From: Lytechinus pictus
Taxonomy: Eukaryota
Assembly: GCF_037042905.1 (NCBI RefSeq)
Contig: NC_087251.1
Coordinates: 20,710,001-20,774,000, forward strand
Direction of reading: 5' to 3'
DNA length: 64,000 nt
The first letter of the stretch is position 1. Every line of letters begins with the position of its first letter. This document shows, piece by piece, positions 24,101-36,289 of the stretch. Below the pieces are notes generated by a model. It made no database searches, was not told the DNA's origin, and saw only the letters and a program-made list of their open reading frames with translations. The translations under genes were made by a program, and so were the position numbers.

Positions 24101-27100
24101 CTCAGAAGTGAAACACCAAAAAGGCAACCAATGCAAATGGAAAACTTTTAGAGAATCCAGATGAAAATAAACATGTTTATCAGACACACTGTTAAAGGGA
24201 TGGTCCAGGGGAGTGTTTCATCAACATTTTTATCCGACAAGTTGTCAGATCTGATATCTTTCCTTGATGTTGATTGGCTAAGAAGCACTGTTACTATGGC
24301 AACTGTCGGATAAAATGGGACTTGTCGGATAAAACGTCTGACAAGTCCTTTCATGAAACGCTCCCAAGGTTGGAGATATTTATATCTCAATAAACAGAGT
24401 CAAATTCAGAGCAAAATGCTGAAAATTTGATCAAAATCGGATAACAAATAACAAAGTTATTGAACTTTAAATATTTGCATTATTCCGGTGAAACAGTTCT
24501 AGGCATGTCTTCATGAATATCCATTAGGTGGGCTGATGATGTCATATCCCCACTTGTTCCTTTGTATTTTACTATATGAAATTAGGTTTATTCCAAATTT
24601 TTCTACCAAGATCTAAAACAACTGGAATGACAACTGATTAAGTGCATTACTTATTTATTGCTGCAACTTATTTCATCATAGTGGAGACATATCATTTACA
24701 CATGTATGAAAAAATGAATCAATTATGTTTTCATGTAATAAAATAAGAAAAAAGAAAGTGGGGATAGGACATCATCAGTCCACCTAATGAATATTCATGA
24801 TGATGTACATATAACTGTTTTCACAAAATATTGATAAACTTTAAAATTCAATTACTTCATTATTTCTTGTCCTATTTTGATGAAATTTTCAGCATTTTAC
24901 TCAGTGAATTTTACTCTATTTATTTAGATATAAATATTTTTAGCCCGGACTAAGTGAAAAGTTATTAAGTGGGATTAAGAAGCTAAATGGAAAATCACCT
25001 AAAAGTTTATAAGATGATGTTAGTGAGCTATGTGTCAAGGAGTTTATTCGGTTATTAGACCAACTGTATTTGAAGTGGATCTATGACTTTATTAGATGAG
25101 ACCAGATGGGCTTTAGACAAAATGGGATTAGGCTAGTTAGAAAGTAACTTGACTTACCAAGGCTGCTTTTCTGAGAGCCTCCTTTTCACTGGCTGCATCC
25201 AAGGTCAGTTGGAAATTATCTACCAATACTGCTACAAACAGACTAGAAATCAAAACAACAAATAACAATAATACTGTAATGAATGGAGTAAATCATTCCT
25301 TTTTATGTTTGAATTAATGAATGAACGAACAAAAAAGTGAATAAAACCAAAAAAACAAAATAATTAAAATTAAATGCTTCCGTTCAGTAAATATCAATCT
25401 GATGGGTAAATTAATTCTCAGATTACATGGGTGAAATCCTGGGATTTCCTGGTTAAATAAAATAGACATAAATAAATTTATAAAGTTACTGTAGTGATCA
25501 TAAAATCATATCTAAAACCCTTTGAACAGAATGTGTTGTTAAAAAGCTTATTTTACTATTTTACAATCAAATTGTTGTACTTGTACACATTTAAGCTTGA
25601 TGAAAATAATATTACCAAAAAGATTTGCAATCTTTAAAATTCTCAATTTCTATGTTTTCACATAAATGATATTTTTCCTCAAAGTTATATTTTCACATAT
25701 TCTTTAAAGTCCCCTTACTTACTTGAGAAAGATGAAATACTCCAGACCGATGTAGGTTATCAGGTAGAAAATAATGTGAAAGTTATCTGTTAAAAAATAT
25801 ACACACATATATAATTAAACTATAATTGGCCTGTGATCAAACTGAGACTGTAATGTTTACACTGCAAGATGGCGCTAGAGACATCTACCTCGGATGGTAG
25901 AGTGATGCCAATAGAAATTTATTTTGTAGGTCAAATGAAGCTTCAAATATGAAGTCTCACTCCAATAATTTTGAGACCTATGCCTTTTTTAGTGTGCATA
26001 CACCTTGTTATAAACAATATTGTATGAATATATGTGTGGTGTAAGTCTTTTCATACATTTTCTCTGCATCTCTACAAATGTGGCTGAATAACTGACTGAC
26101 ATATCAAGAGTGACTTGTATATAGGAGATCATTGTTTGACATATTATTCTGAATCCCCGCTGCAAGCACTTATAAAAATAACACTTGGTGGCAGCAGTTT
26201 GAATACAGTACATCACCCCCCAGAAAAGATAAAAATATATTTAGCACACTTTATTATTATCAATAACTTGAGTCTGGATATATGATCTTAAGCCAACACT
26301 TTAGTCATTTAGGATTATATCCATTTAGGAATATTCATTTAGGTTTATAAATCACTGCATGTATGCATGCTGACTGTTTCCTTTAGGATCAGCCATTGCT
26401 GTGTGGTGAATATGAATATTTTCCATTTTGGATCACTAATAATACAGTGAACATTATCCATCAGAGCGAAATTCCACACCAATAACACATTGTATGTAAC
26501 AGCTAGGTCCTATGCTTGGGGCAGCTGCCATTAAACTCAATTCCCTGGAGCAGTCTTATCAAATCTTACTTGGATCTCTAGCTACGGCATCAGAGTAGAT
26601 ATAGAACCAATCATCCAATGTAAGAAGTTGGAACAGAGTTAGAGCAGCGGATCCAATGTTTCCAAATCTCTCCTTGTCAATCTCAGCATACAAACCGCGA
26701 CCAATCACAGCAAAGATATCTGAGGATAGTTGGTCAATGGAATAATCACATTGATGAAATACACTATTCCCCAATTAAATTTAATTTTCGCAAGCATTGA
26801 AAATAAATTGTAACTTTCCAAAAAGCTCTTAGTGCAGATTTGTCTATTAAATGATAATTATTCTCTTAATTCACGAGAGCAAACAATTTCTTACCCCCTC
26901 AAAAAAACAATACTAATTTTTCTTTCAATTTCCTACATTTTGTCCAATTAAATGAACATGAAAGCTGTTTGAAATAATTTCACTTTCTTTTCTGGATGCC
27001 ACAGAATTTCATAGAGAAAAGTGCCAAAATCAAAGCAAGGAAACATGCATTTCTTACTCATCCTTGTTTTGCACAAAACTATTTTGGATATCACAACTTC

Positions 27101-30100
27101 GTAAATTAATTTACCTTCCTACTAAGATCTAAAAGATGCATGAAAACTTAGATCTTCAGCCCAAAGCAACCAAATACTCATCTTATTAATGATCTACAAT
27201 ACCAGCCTCAAGTATTCTTTTAAATGTCAAGAACCTCTATTTATAAATTAAGCATTATCTTAATTTATTGTTAGTATATTGGGCCCTGTCTTAAAAGGAG
27301 CTGTAATTGATTTAACATTGATCTCACGTATGGGTAGCCATTTAAAAAGCATAATGCCAACTGGCAGTAGTAATGATGCATACACCAGTGTACATCATCT
27401 ATCCAGCGAACAATGCTCTACATGCTTATTGCAGATAGCAAATTATGGAGTACCTGCTTTCCATAGTTATGATTTGGATTAGTTATAACTTAATATATTA
27501 AGGCAAACATTGCCATTGTCTAAACTCGTTTCCATTGAAAAGGATACAGAGAAAGAGAGAGATGAGCATGATGATGGCTCCCATGGACTGAACTGATTCA
27601 AGACAAGTATTCATGATGACCTGCAAGCTTCGTAGAAACCTAGTACATGGTAGGGGAGAGAATAATCAATGCTTTCATGTATCAATTATGCACTGGTCAA
27701 TCCTCAGTCTTCATATATCAGGGCCAGCATTTAATAATTAAAGTTATTTGCTCTGAAAATTACTTGGATGGTGTTCAGTTCCTAAATTAGTTATTAACCC
27801 TAAGTTTCAGAACACTTCTCAAAGAAACTAACATCAATATTTAAGAAATCTCATTGGCAGGTAAAGATTTTTTGTTGGCAGATATAATGAGTTACAAAAC
27901 ATACAGTAGAATTGTGGTGAGACTTGTTCATCATTTAGCAACAACAATGCTTTTCAGGTATTAAGGCTCAGATTAGCTTACTATTAAGTACTATAACTTT
28001 AGAATATAATTTGAATAATACTTCTTAGGCAAGTAAAAGTTTTGCTTAATTCATATCTTCTTCTTCCTGTTACTGCAGGCAAACTCTTCAATCAAGATAT
28101 AATTGAATTAACTGCTAAATTTATCACAACAACAACACATTTCAACCCTAGAGATGTATAAACACTCTTAAAAAAAAGTAACTGAATAGCCCGGGACATT
28201 AAAGTTTGTGTGGCTGCATTGGTCTATGTAGGGGAAGGCGGGTAAGTTGAGCGTATGGGCAAGTTGAGCCACCACCCCCAGGCCAATAATGAATGAGTCA
28301 GACATTGTGGTGGTGTCATGTATTGATGACCCATTACATAACCCTTTATCCCACCACATTGTTTTCGACTTTGAAACAAAAAGTACTTTTTAGAGGGAAA
28401 AATACAAATTTCAGCCAAAAAAGTAAAAAAAGGGTGTAAAATAGATCAGTGCTTTTTACCCACACACGTATTTAAATATAATAAAGAAATAACAAAATTG
28501 TTAGTCCAGATACGGATCTTCATTCTTGTCATAGTCTTTTACATGATGGATGCATAAGAAATGTGTGGATGTGAAAATATCGCATTAAGTTCGGACTGGG
28601 GTACTTTGAGCCAGCCAACATGGGGCAAGTTGAGCCATGGTAATTCTTATGGTAATGTATAATAAATAAAAAAACCTTGAAAAGCCATTGATATGCAGGC
28701 AGAATGGTGCAAATTCACATGGCAGTTCTTTTACTTTAAGAGGATGTTAGTATTTATAGAGAATTAGCAAGTGAAAAGACTTGAAATAAAAAATTGACAT
28801 GCTGGTTCTTCCGGCATACATTTTGTACATAGTTTTTGTGGCTCAACTTACCCCAGAAGGTGGCACAACTTACCCCACAGATGGGGCAAGTTGAGCCATT
28901 TGACATCGTTTTTTTCAAAGGCCAAAATGAATTTCAGTGTGGGGGTAGAAAGTTATATATAGGTGAAAAATATATCCCAAGAATCAAATTTAAGGCAACG
29001 TACTTATTTCTACAATATTATTAGTCATATCAATTCTAACATGCAAAATGCAAAAAGTGTCCCAACTTACCCCGCCTTCCCCTAAATATTTGAATGATAT
29101 TATTAAAACAGAAATGTACATGGAATTTGCACTTTAAAGAAACATTATTGACTTACATGTAGGCATGTGATATTGCCAAAAAATATAATATATGTATACA
29201 GCAACCTTTCTTATTCATTAAACATAATGTACTTTAAAAAGGAAATCTTCATAATGAGGAGTAGAAGTCAGACAAACCGCTACAAACGACAGACATCCTA
29301 AGATTCATTTGAATGGTGTTATACAGGAAATCATGAAGTGGTTTAGATTGTTTGGTCACCAACAACGATTGCCTTCCTTTAATATACTGTGTTAATTGCT
29401 CTCATCCACTGTTTAGGCATGTTAAACTATGACATCATACAAAACCCCATCAGAGGTGACATACACTGACTTCAAAAGACCAGGGGGGGTGCTTCACAAA
29501 GAATTAAGTATGCAGTAACACTTAAAAGTCTATGCGTATGCTGATATAATATGTAACCTGCAATCTTATTGATCAATCACAGTAGTGCGCATCCTCTTAG
29601 CATGATCTGACCAATGCGGTCATGCCTTTTATACTGCACGCACGAGGCATTTAAGTGTGATTCTAAGTCATACGTGAATCTTTGTGAAACACCCCCCCCC
29701 CCCCCCGATCTTTTAATACAAAGGCTTGCTTACAGACAATATCCACAACCATTTCTTATTTCTTTATCGCAAATCCTACAATGACATATTCATATTTATC
29801 TTCCTCAATAGCAGTGATTCTGACCCTGATTCATCTGAAAGTTACAATTATTATAACTACTTCTGAAAAAGGGATATACTCAGGACTGCAAATAATATAA
29901 GTAAAAAAATCAAAATTCACCAAGCAAAATGCTAGATATATCATTTAAATCAGATGACAACTAAAAAAGTTATTGAATTTTAAAGTATAGCAATATTTAT
30001 TCTAAAATGCAGGCTGTCGTGAATATTGAATTGGTGGACTGATGATGTCATATCCTCACTTTCTTTCTTCCTATCTGATTCATGATATCATTACTATAGA

Positions 30101-33100
30101 TCTCCACCTCGGAATAGTTTACTAGATAGGTGGTGCAAATAAATGCTGTGTTTATTATTATCTTCATACATGTGTGCATGATATGTCTCTCTTGTAACAA
30201 AACAAAATGCAGTAATGATTATGTTACACATGAAAACAAAATTTCCATCCATTTTTTTTTTTTCATTTTTAATGGAAATAATTTGAATAAATATAATTAT
30301 ATATAATGAAATACTAAATAAGTGGGATATGATGTCATTAGATTATTCATTGCATATTCATGTAGACATGCAAAGAACTGTTTCACCAAAATAATGTCAA
30401 CTTTAAAATGTCATAATTTTCTTATTCCTTGTCCGATAATGATGAAATTTTCGTTGTTTTGTTTGTCTGATTTCACTTTATCTGTTTACATCATATTATT
30501 TTCAGCCTGGAGTACCCATTTAACTATTAATTATGGTACAAGCTTTGAATATAAAATTGTGCTGACCTGACTGTTCTGAGAACCCTTAGAGCTTTCAATG
30601 CTCGCATGGCTCGGAAGATACTCAAGATGGCAAGGATCTGAACAGTACCCCCGTAGAAGATCTCGATCCCAAAGTCAGCAACATTGGATACCACAATCAG
30701 GAAGTCTGGAAAAAGCAACCAAATCAACGTATAAATCCACACAGTTCACATTCAGAATTGTTTTTTTATTATTGAATGAAGGCCTTTACTGTTGTACAAA
30801 ATGAAAAGTTTTTAAAAAGTGAAATTGAAAATATATATAGGATTCTCACCCATAACATTCCACATTTCTTTGAAGAAGTCCCAATGCCAAACATAGATCT
30901 TGAGAGCAGACTCCATGAAGTAGACGACAAGAAGAATGTAGTCAATAAACTTGAAATGCCAACCTGTCAAGACAAAAATAAATTAATGATAGAACAAACA
31001 TATTAACTGTTTTACAAGTACTTTCATTTCTATTTTTATTGTGGCTTCATGCAGGTGCAGTCATCATGTACCCCAATTATAAAATATGCATCCATGCATG
31101 CAACTTGTTCTAAAATACCTGACGAGTACAAGTTAAAATATCATAATTGTCTTTGCCTTACATTTCATTTATTCAGTACTTCATTCTCTCTCATGTAAGG
31201 ACATTCCACAGTTAAATGAAATCCATGTCATTTTTGCCAAATTTTGCAATTACTTTTGCACCTATATATTTCAAATATGCAAAAAATTTAAATGTTTTTT
31301 TTTTGCTATTGAGCTTTGAAGTTCACCCATTTGAAAGGTCTCAAGAAATATGTAATAAATATAATTGTGCAGATTTCGACCCCACCAGATCACTACATTG
31401 AGTGTATACCTCTATTAGTCAGTCAAAATCCATCTAAATTTTACCATTTTTAGGTTATAGTTTAGAATTATATACTTAAGATAAAGAATCCACTCATATT
31501 GCTATTTGTTAAATCTTTTAAGAGTGGCAGCACCTTAGATTTTGAAAATAAGGAGTGAAAGATGACAAAAACATATCTAAAAATTCGAAATTTATTTAAC
31601 AAATTTAGGAAGTACAATAAATGCTGCACTTTATTCAAACCCATGTCATTTTCACAGAATTTTGAATGGCTGTAGAGAAAGGTATACTAAAGAGGTGTGA
31701 ACATTAAAAATTGGGGGTTCATGTGCTTGTTTTCAAACTATCAGCACTTTTTTGGAACAAATGTGCTTTTGAAAATACAAAAAAATGTGTCAAAAAGCTT
31801 TTATCTACATAAAAGAAAATTCTACACCACTATCCCATTTAATCAAACTTGAGGTCATATTCATCATACTTCACAGCACAGCAAAGTAAAGTATTATGAA
31901 GAGGTAGAGGGCGTTTAAAAATTTGGTCCACAGATTATTTTCAGCTAATGGCTTCATAAAAATCACATGAAGGTTTGCTGTTAAAGTGCCGATGACAAGA
32001 AAAATCAGCTGATTACTCAACACCTTCTGATTCTTGCCTCTCAAACAGAGGGTCGTGGGTTCGAATCCTAGCCATGGTGTGTTTTCCTTCAGCAAGAAAT
32101 TTATCCACACTTTGCTGCACTCGACCCAGGTGAGGTGAATGGGTACCCGGCAGGATTAATTCCTTGAATGCTTGAGCGCCTAGGCAGCCCAGCTAAAGCC
32201 GGGGTAATAATAGCAGGGCCCGCTGGGAGAAAAGTTTTCGGAACTGAAGTGGCTACCCTGGGTAAATATACCACTATTATTATTATCATGAACACCTGTT
32301 AACTTATATTGTGACATCAACGCACATGGCTTAAATATGAGCAGATAACTCAGGAACTTCCTTAAAAGTAAGGAAAACAACATCAGTGTAAGAAATACAT
32401 CTGAAATATAAGCACTCCTGTTAGATTTTTATATTATTCAAATTCTGGTTTCAAACTTTCCCAGTTATTAGAATTAAATCTCTATGTCATGAATGAATAG
32501 TAAAATACAGATCATTTTCAGTGTACAGAAAATGAAAAATTTCAGATTCCATTAATTTTTCGTACGTCCCAGAAATCATATGGTAATTTGACTAAATATA
32601 TCCAGTAGAAACCAACAATGCCTTGTGTGTAATGAATGATAGACCCACCTGCTCTAACTTCAACAACACTGAATGTGAGAGCACACAGTATGAATGTATT
32701 GAACAAGATAATGCAGAGGATGAAACCGGTAAAGATAGGAGACTCTGTCAAATCATAGAGCTGACGTCGTAAGAATCCCGCATCTCGGAGGATCTTGTCT
32801 CTTCTGGTCTGAAGTTCCACCTTTTCATTATCCTCCTGTTTGTTGATGCCATGAGCTTGATAGGCATGTGCACTTCGCATCGAATCTAGTCTGTAAAACA
32901 CACAAATTAACAAATATTTATATCAGGCCCCCATCTATTTGACACTAGCATCAGACCTGCCAGAGCATTGTACTCTACAAATCCCTCCTCGTCTGCTTAG
33001 ATAGGGACTCTCTCTGAAACTATGAAACTTGATGACTCCATTCTGTCATTGAATGTGCACACACTTAATACTTGGCCTTTGAATTTGCTATCAATTATGA

Positions 33101-33833
33101 TTCAACTCTAAAAGTAAATATGAAACATTATAATACCCTAATATTGTCTATACAGTGTAAACTTAAATATATTTTATTTCTGGTCTGTGACATCTCTAAA
33201 TAAAAAGCCTGGATGCTGACATGAGACATAAGAAAGTGACAGGATGAAAGTTAAATTTTGGCCTTAACCATTTTTAGCATTTTTCAGTATTCCATGGAAA
33301 CAAAGAATAGAACAATTACGAAATTTCCATTTCACCAAAAAAAAGTTGGATGCATCTGAATGACATGAGTTGAAGACAACTGAGTCTCATGTGTCATATG
33401 GAAAAAAACATTTGTTGTAATGACCAGAAAAAATAAGAAGATGAGTAGACTCTACAAGTATTATAGGGAATGTGTGACTAAAGGGCTAGGTATCAAGGGG
33501 TAAATGTGTTCGCCTTCATGAGTAAAAAAAATCACAATTTCTAAGGCTCAAAGACAAAGTTAAAAGCGAGTGTGCATTCAGGTAACCTCACCTCACGAGT
33601 GTCGCCCCATCTAACTTGTTATCTGAGGGACCCTTTTCCTGAAGATGTTGAAGATGGGCTGGTAGGACAACACTCTGGGGTGCAACCATATGCCTCCTTG
33701 CAGCTAATCTTGATACGGGCTGAGCAGCAGCAGCAGCCTTCTTACGGTGATTCCGCATCACATTGCGATGGTAAGAGAGGGACATCAAAAAGGTGGCAGA
33801 GTTATCCTCTGCTTGATCATCTTCTGAAGCCAT
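21107..33833 (-). CDS. CATSPER1: Cation channel sperm-associated protein 1 (CatSper1 pore-forming 6TM subunit); 12 coding exons, 467 aa
   Basis: Minus-strand exons 33833-33592, 32890-32649, 30963-30850, 30705-30567, 27639-27548, 26719-26570, 25786-25723, 25242-25158, 23808-23742, 22229-22154, 21843-21729, 21124-21107. Phases are consistent (1404 nt, ending TAG). S1 FTGFILCIILFNTFILC; S3 WNVMDFLIVV; S4 FRAMRALKALRVLRTVR; pore TLFQLLTLDDW (TLDDW is the CatSper1-type filter); S6 FIFLNLFVAVLVDNF; coiled-coil-like C-terminus. Confidence 0.93.
22310..22471. mobile_element. Palindromic MITE, same family as 16537-16699 (opposite orientation)
   Basis: CAGGAGGCTGTTTCAT...GAAACAGACTCCTG with shared core CCATGGAAACCTT..ATTGGCTGCT..CCCTGTTACCATGG. 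Confidence 0.8.
23024..23353. mobile_element. Fold-back palindromic MITE
   Basis: ATAGAGTACCCAAGTG...GGTAGAGCATGATGAAAAACCCCCA and TGGGGGTTTTTCATCATGCTCTACC...CACTTCGGTATTCTAT. Confidence 0.8.
24196..24950. mobile_element. Kolobok-like (TTAA|AGG) MITE with a nested Harbinger-like MITE at about 24209-24365
   Basis: Begins TTAA|AGGGATGGTCCAG like the copy at 38874, but is interrupted by GGGAGTGTTTCAT...ATGAAACGCTCCC with a cag/aag 3-bp duplication. Confidence 0.75.
26720..27547 (-). other. U12-type (minor spliceosome) GT-AG intron in CATSPER1
   Basis: Donor GTATCCTTTT at 27547. Branch-like TTCCATTGAC lies just upstream of the acceptor (ttccattgaccaactatcctcag), with no long pyrimidine tract. 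The frame joins FLY|IFAVIG in S5. Confidence 0.85.
28231..29082. mobile_element. Tc1/mariner(pogo)-like non-autonomous element
   Basis: TA|GGGGAAGGCGGGTAAGTTG ... CAACTTACCCCGCCTTCCCC|TA, with internal GGGCAAGTTGAGCCA repeats. Confidence 0.85.
29481..29706. mobile_element. MITE with GGGGTG(C/T)TTCACAAAGA termini
   Basis: GGGGGGGTGCTTCACAAAGA ... TCTTTGTGAAACACCCCCC. A degenerate relative lies near 5866-6035. Confidence 0.7.
32030..32286 (+). mobile_element. tRNA-derived SINE copy
   Basis: GGTTCGAATCC B box and core nearly identical to 6112-6390, with an (ATT)n tail. Confidence 0.85.
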
Positions 33834-34044
33834 GGTTAGAGTTGTGTTCGCATCAATGACTTATCCTTTGACTTGAGATCTATTGATTAAAAAAAAATCA
33901 TATTCATAATCAATATTAAAGTAGAACCATGATCCAAGTGCTTCGTGGACAGTTTATTACCCCTGTCATCTAATCAAATAATGACAACCTGCACATAAGC
34001 CCACACACATTTTCCACTCCCTGGAAGATTTAGTATTCCAAGTG

Positions 34045-34985
34045 GTCACCATGTCAGGCATCCAACATGCTGAGTAAACTAAGCACCTACATGTATTATC
34101 TAGGAAAACATCTTGAATGTCCCCAATGTAGAATATAAGCCAATTACCTTTTGTTTTTAAGTGAGAAGAATTATCAGTCTATATTGTCGTACAGTTTTGC
34201 TTACTAAGTCTAGATCTACTTTAGATAGTAAATTAGTAAATTTGAAGGTGATTTTTTTTTTCTTTTTACAAACATACGACAGGAAAGAATTACCAATTAC
34301 CTTTTGTTTTTAAGTGAGAAGACTCATCAGTCTATATTGTTGAACAGTTTTGCTTACTATTTAAAGTCTAGATCTACTTTAGATAGTAAATTAGTGAATT
34401 TGAAGGTGATTTTTTTTCTTTTTACAAACATAAGACAGGAAAGAATTACCAATTACCTTTTGTTTTCAAGTGAGAAGAATTATCAGTCTATGTTGTTGAA
34501 CAGTTTGGCTTACTAAGTCTAGATCTACTTTAGATAGTAAATTAGTGAATTTGAATGGGATTTTTTTTCTTTTTACAAACATAAGACAGGAAAGAAGGTT
34601 TTAATATATATAGTCTTTTTGAGTTTTTCAGAGTTCAAACGTTAAATTCTCTAACTACTATACAGTTATTGAGTAATTCAAGCAGTCACCATGTGAGGCA
34701 TCACACATGCAGAGTAAACTAAGCACCCTACTATCTAGGAAAACATCTTGAATGGCCCAATGTAGACTATAAAGCAGTTACCTTTTGTTTTTAAGTGAAA
34801 AGACTTATCAGTCTATATTGTTGAAGAGTTTTGTTTACTAAGTCTAGATCTACTTTAGATAGTAAATTAGTGAATTTGAAGGGGATTTTTTTTCTGTTCA
34901 CAAACATAAGACAGGAAAGAAAGTTTCAGTTTTTCTTTTTTAGTTTTTCAGTGTTCAAACATTGAATTCTCTATTAACTACTAAT
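34045..34985. repeat. Nested tandem duplication with about 153-156 bp units
   Basis: Units CAATTACCTTTTGTTTTTAAGTGAGAAG...AGTCTAGATCTACTTTAGATAG at 34141, 34294, 34450 and about 34775. The larger block GTCACCATGT.AGGCATC...GAGTAAACTAAGCACC is repeated at about 34044 and 34685. Confidence 0.9.
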
Positions 34986-36289
34986 ACAGTTATCCACTAC
35001 CCAGTATCCACAACATTCTTGAAATTAAATTCTATGCACATACATGTACGCACCTATATAAATCTTAACTCACTTTATGCCGTAAACAGCACTTAGTATC
35101 CTCTGGACAAGGCGCTATTGAGCTATCAGTTGAAGTAGTAAGTGACACAGAAAGCTGAGACAAGTATGCAATGTCCGCAGACAGACTTATGGGGCATTGC
35201 AAGAAAGTGAAGAAACTGGCATTCAATTGCAAGTCAATATGGGGTCTTAATTATCATGAAAATTCCAGCAATTAAGTGCAATTTTTTACTCGATTGCTGG
35301 TCTGCTTTTTCAACAAGAAGTAAAAATTCATTTGCTATAGATAAAATTGATCTATTAGTTACGAATTATAAATTTTCAGAAATTTGGTTGTGATTGAAAA
35401 TTTTGTTCTTGAAACACCAATAAGGCAGATAAAATCAACATCTTTTGCTCTGCCTTTGCTTCAGGGTTTATTAATATACATATATCAAATAATTGTGAGG
35501 GTTTGTTCTTTGTAATATTGCTTAGCTTTACTTTTCAATCAAAATTATGAAATTGTTGATGTCAGTGTCTACTTCAAACTTTTCATGAAATAAAGCTTGC
35601 AAGTTTTATTAAGTTATCTTCTCTTCCATACCCCTGTCCTGGAACTTCTTCAAGTTACTCTGAGTATAAGGCAAATTTCTTTACAAAGTGACCACCATGG
35701 TCATCCACATAAATTATTTTTTTTAAAGGACCCTTAACATGTAATCTTGTCTCACTCTTAGTCTACCCTAACCTAGACAGGAAGACAAACACTGTCGCTT
35801 TTCAACAGCAATTCATGTAATTGTATGAAAAAGGGGCCCATGTCTGTGCACCAAGAAAAACAAAATATTACACATGGATTTCTTTAAAACTCCATAACAA
35901 ATTTGCATTTGATATTGTTCCATATATTTTCATGAGTACTAATTTGTGCCAAAATCTTATTAAAAATAAATTTGCAGCAAATTATATATGGTTTTCTTGC
36001 AAAAAACTGTGGCCAGTCATTTTCAGATTTAAATAGGCCTAAACATTGCCTATGTCTGCGCACCCATTCACTTTATACAAAATGCCTGTAATTCAATATT
36101 ATTTCAATCATCAGTTTGACTCAGAAAATCAGAATTTGATTAAATGAATATTATAAGTGTACAGAATGTCTTCGCTGCATGTCTCCAGTGTTAGAATCAT
36201 GCATATCTGCATATACACAGACTTAGGGTACCTTGCCATATGCCATAGAGAGCACCCCGATGTCCTAATTTTTGAAAATTGATAACCTG

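Noticed and set aside
33572..33859. 95-aa plus-strand ORF antisense to CATSPER1 exon 1
   Set aside because: Shadow ORF of the coding strand with a GTG start and no recognisable motif.
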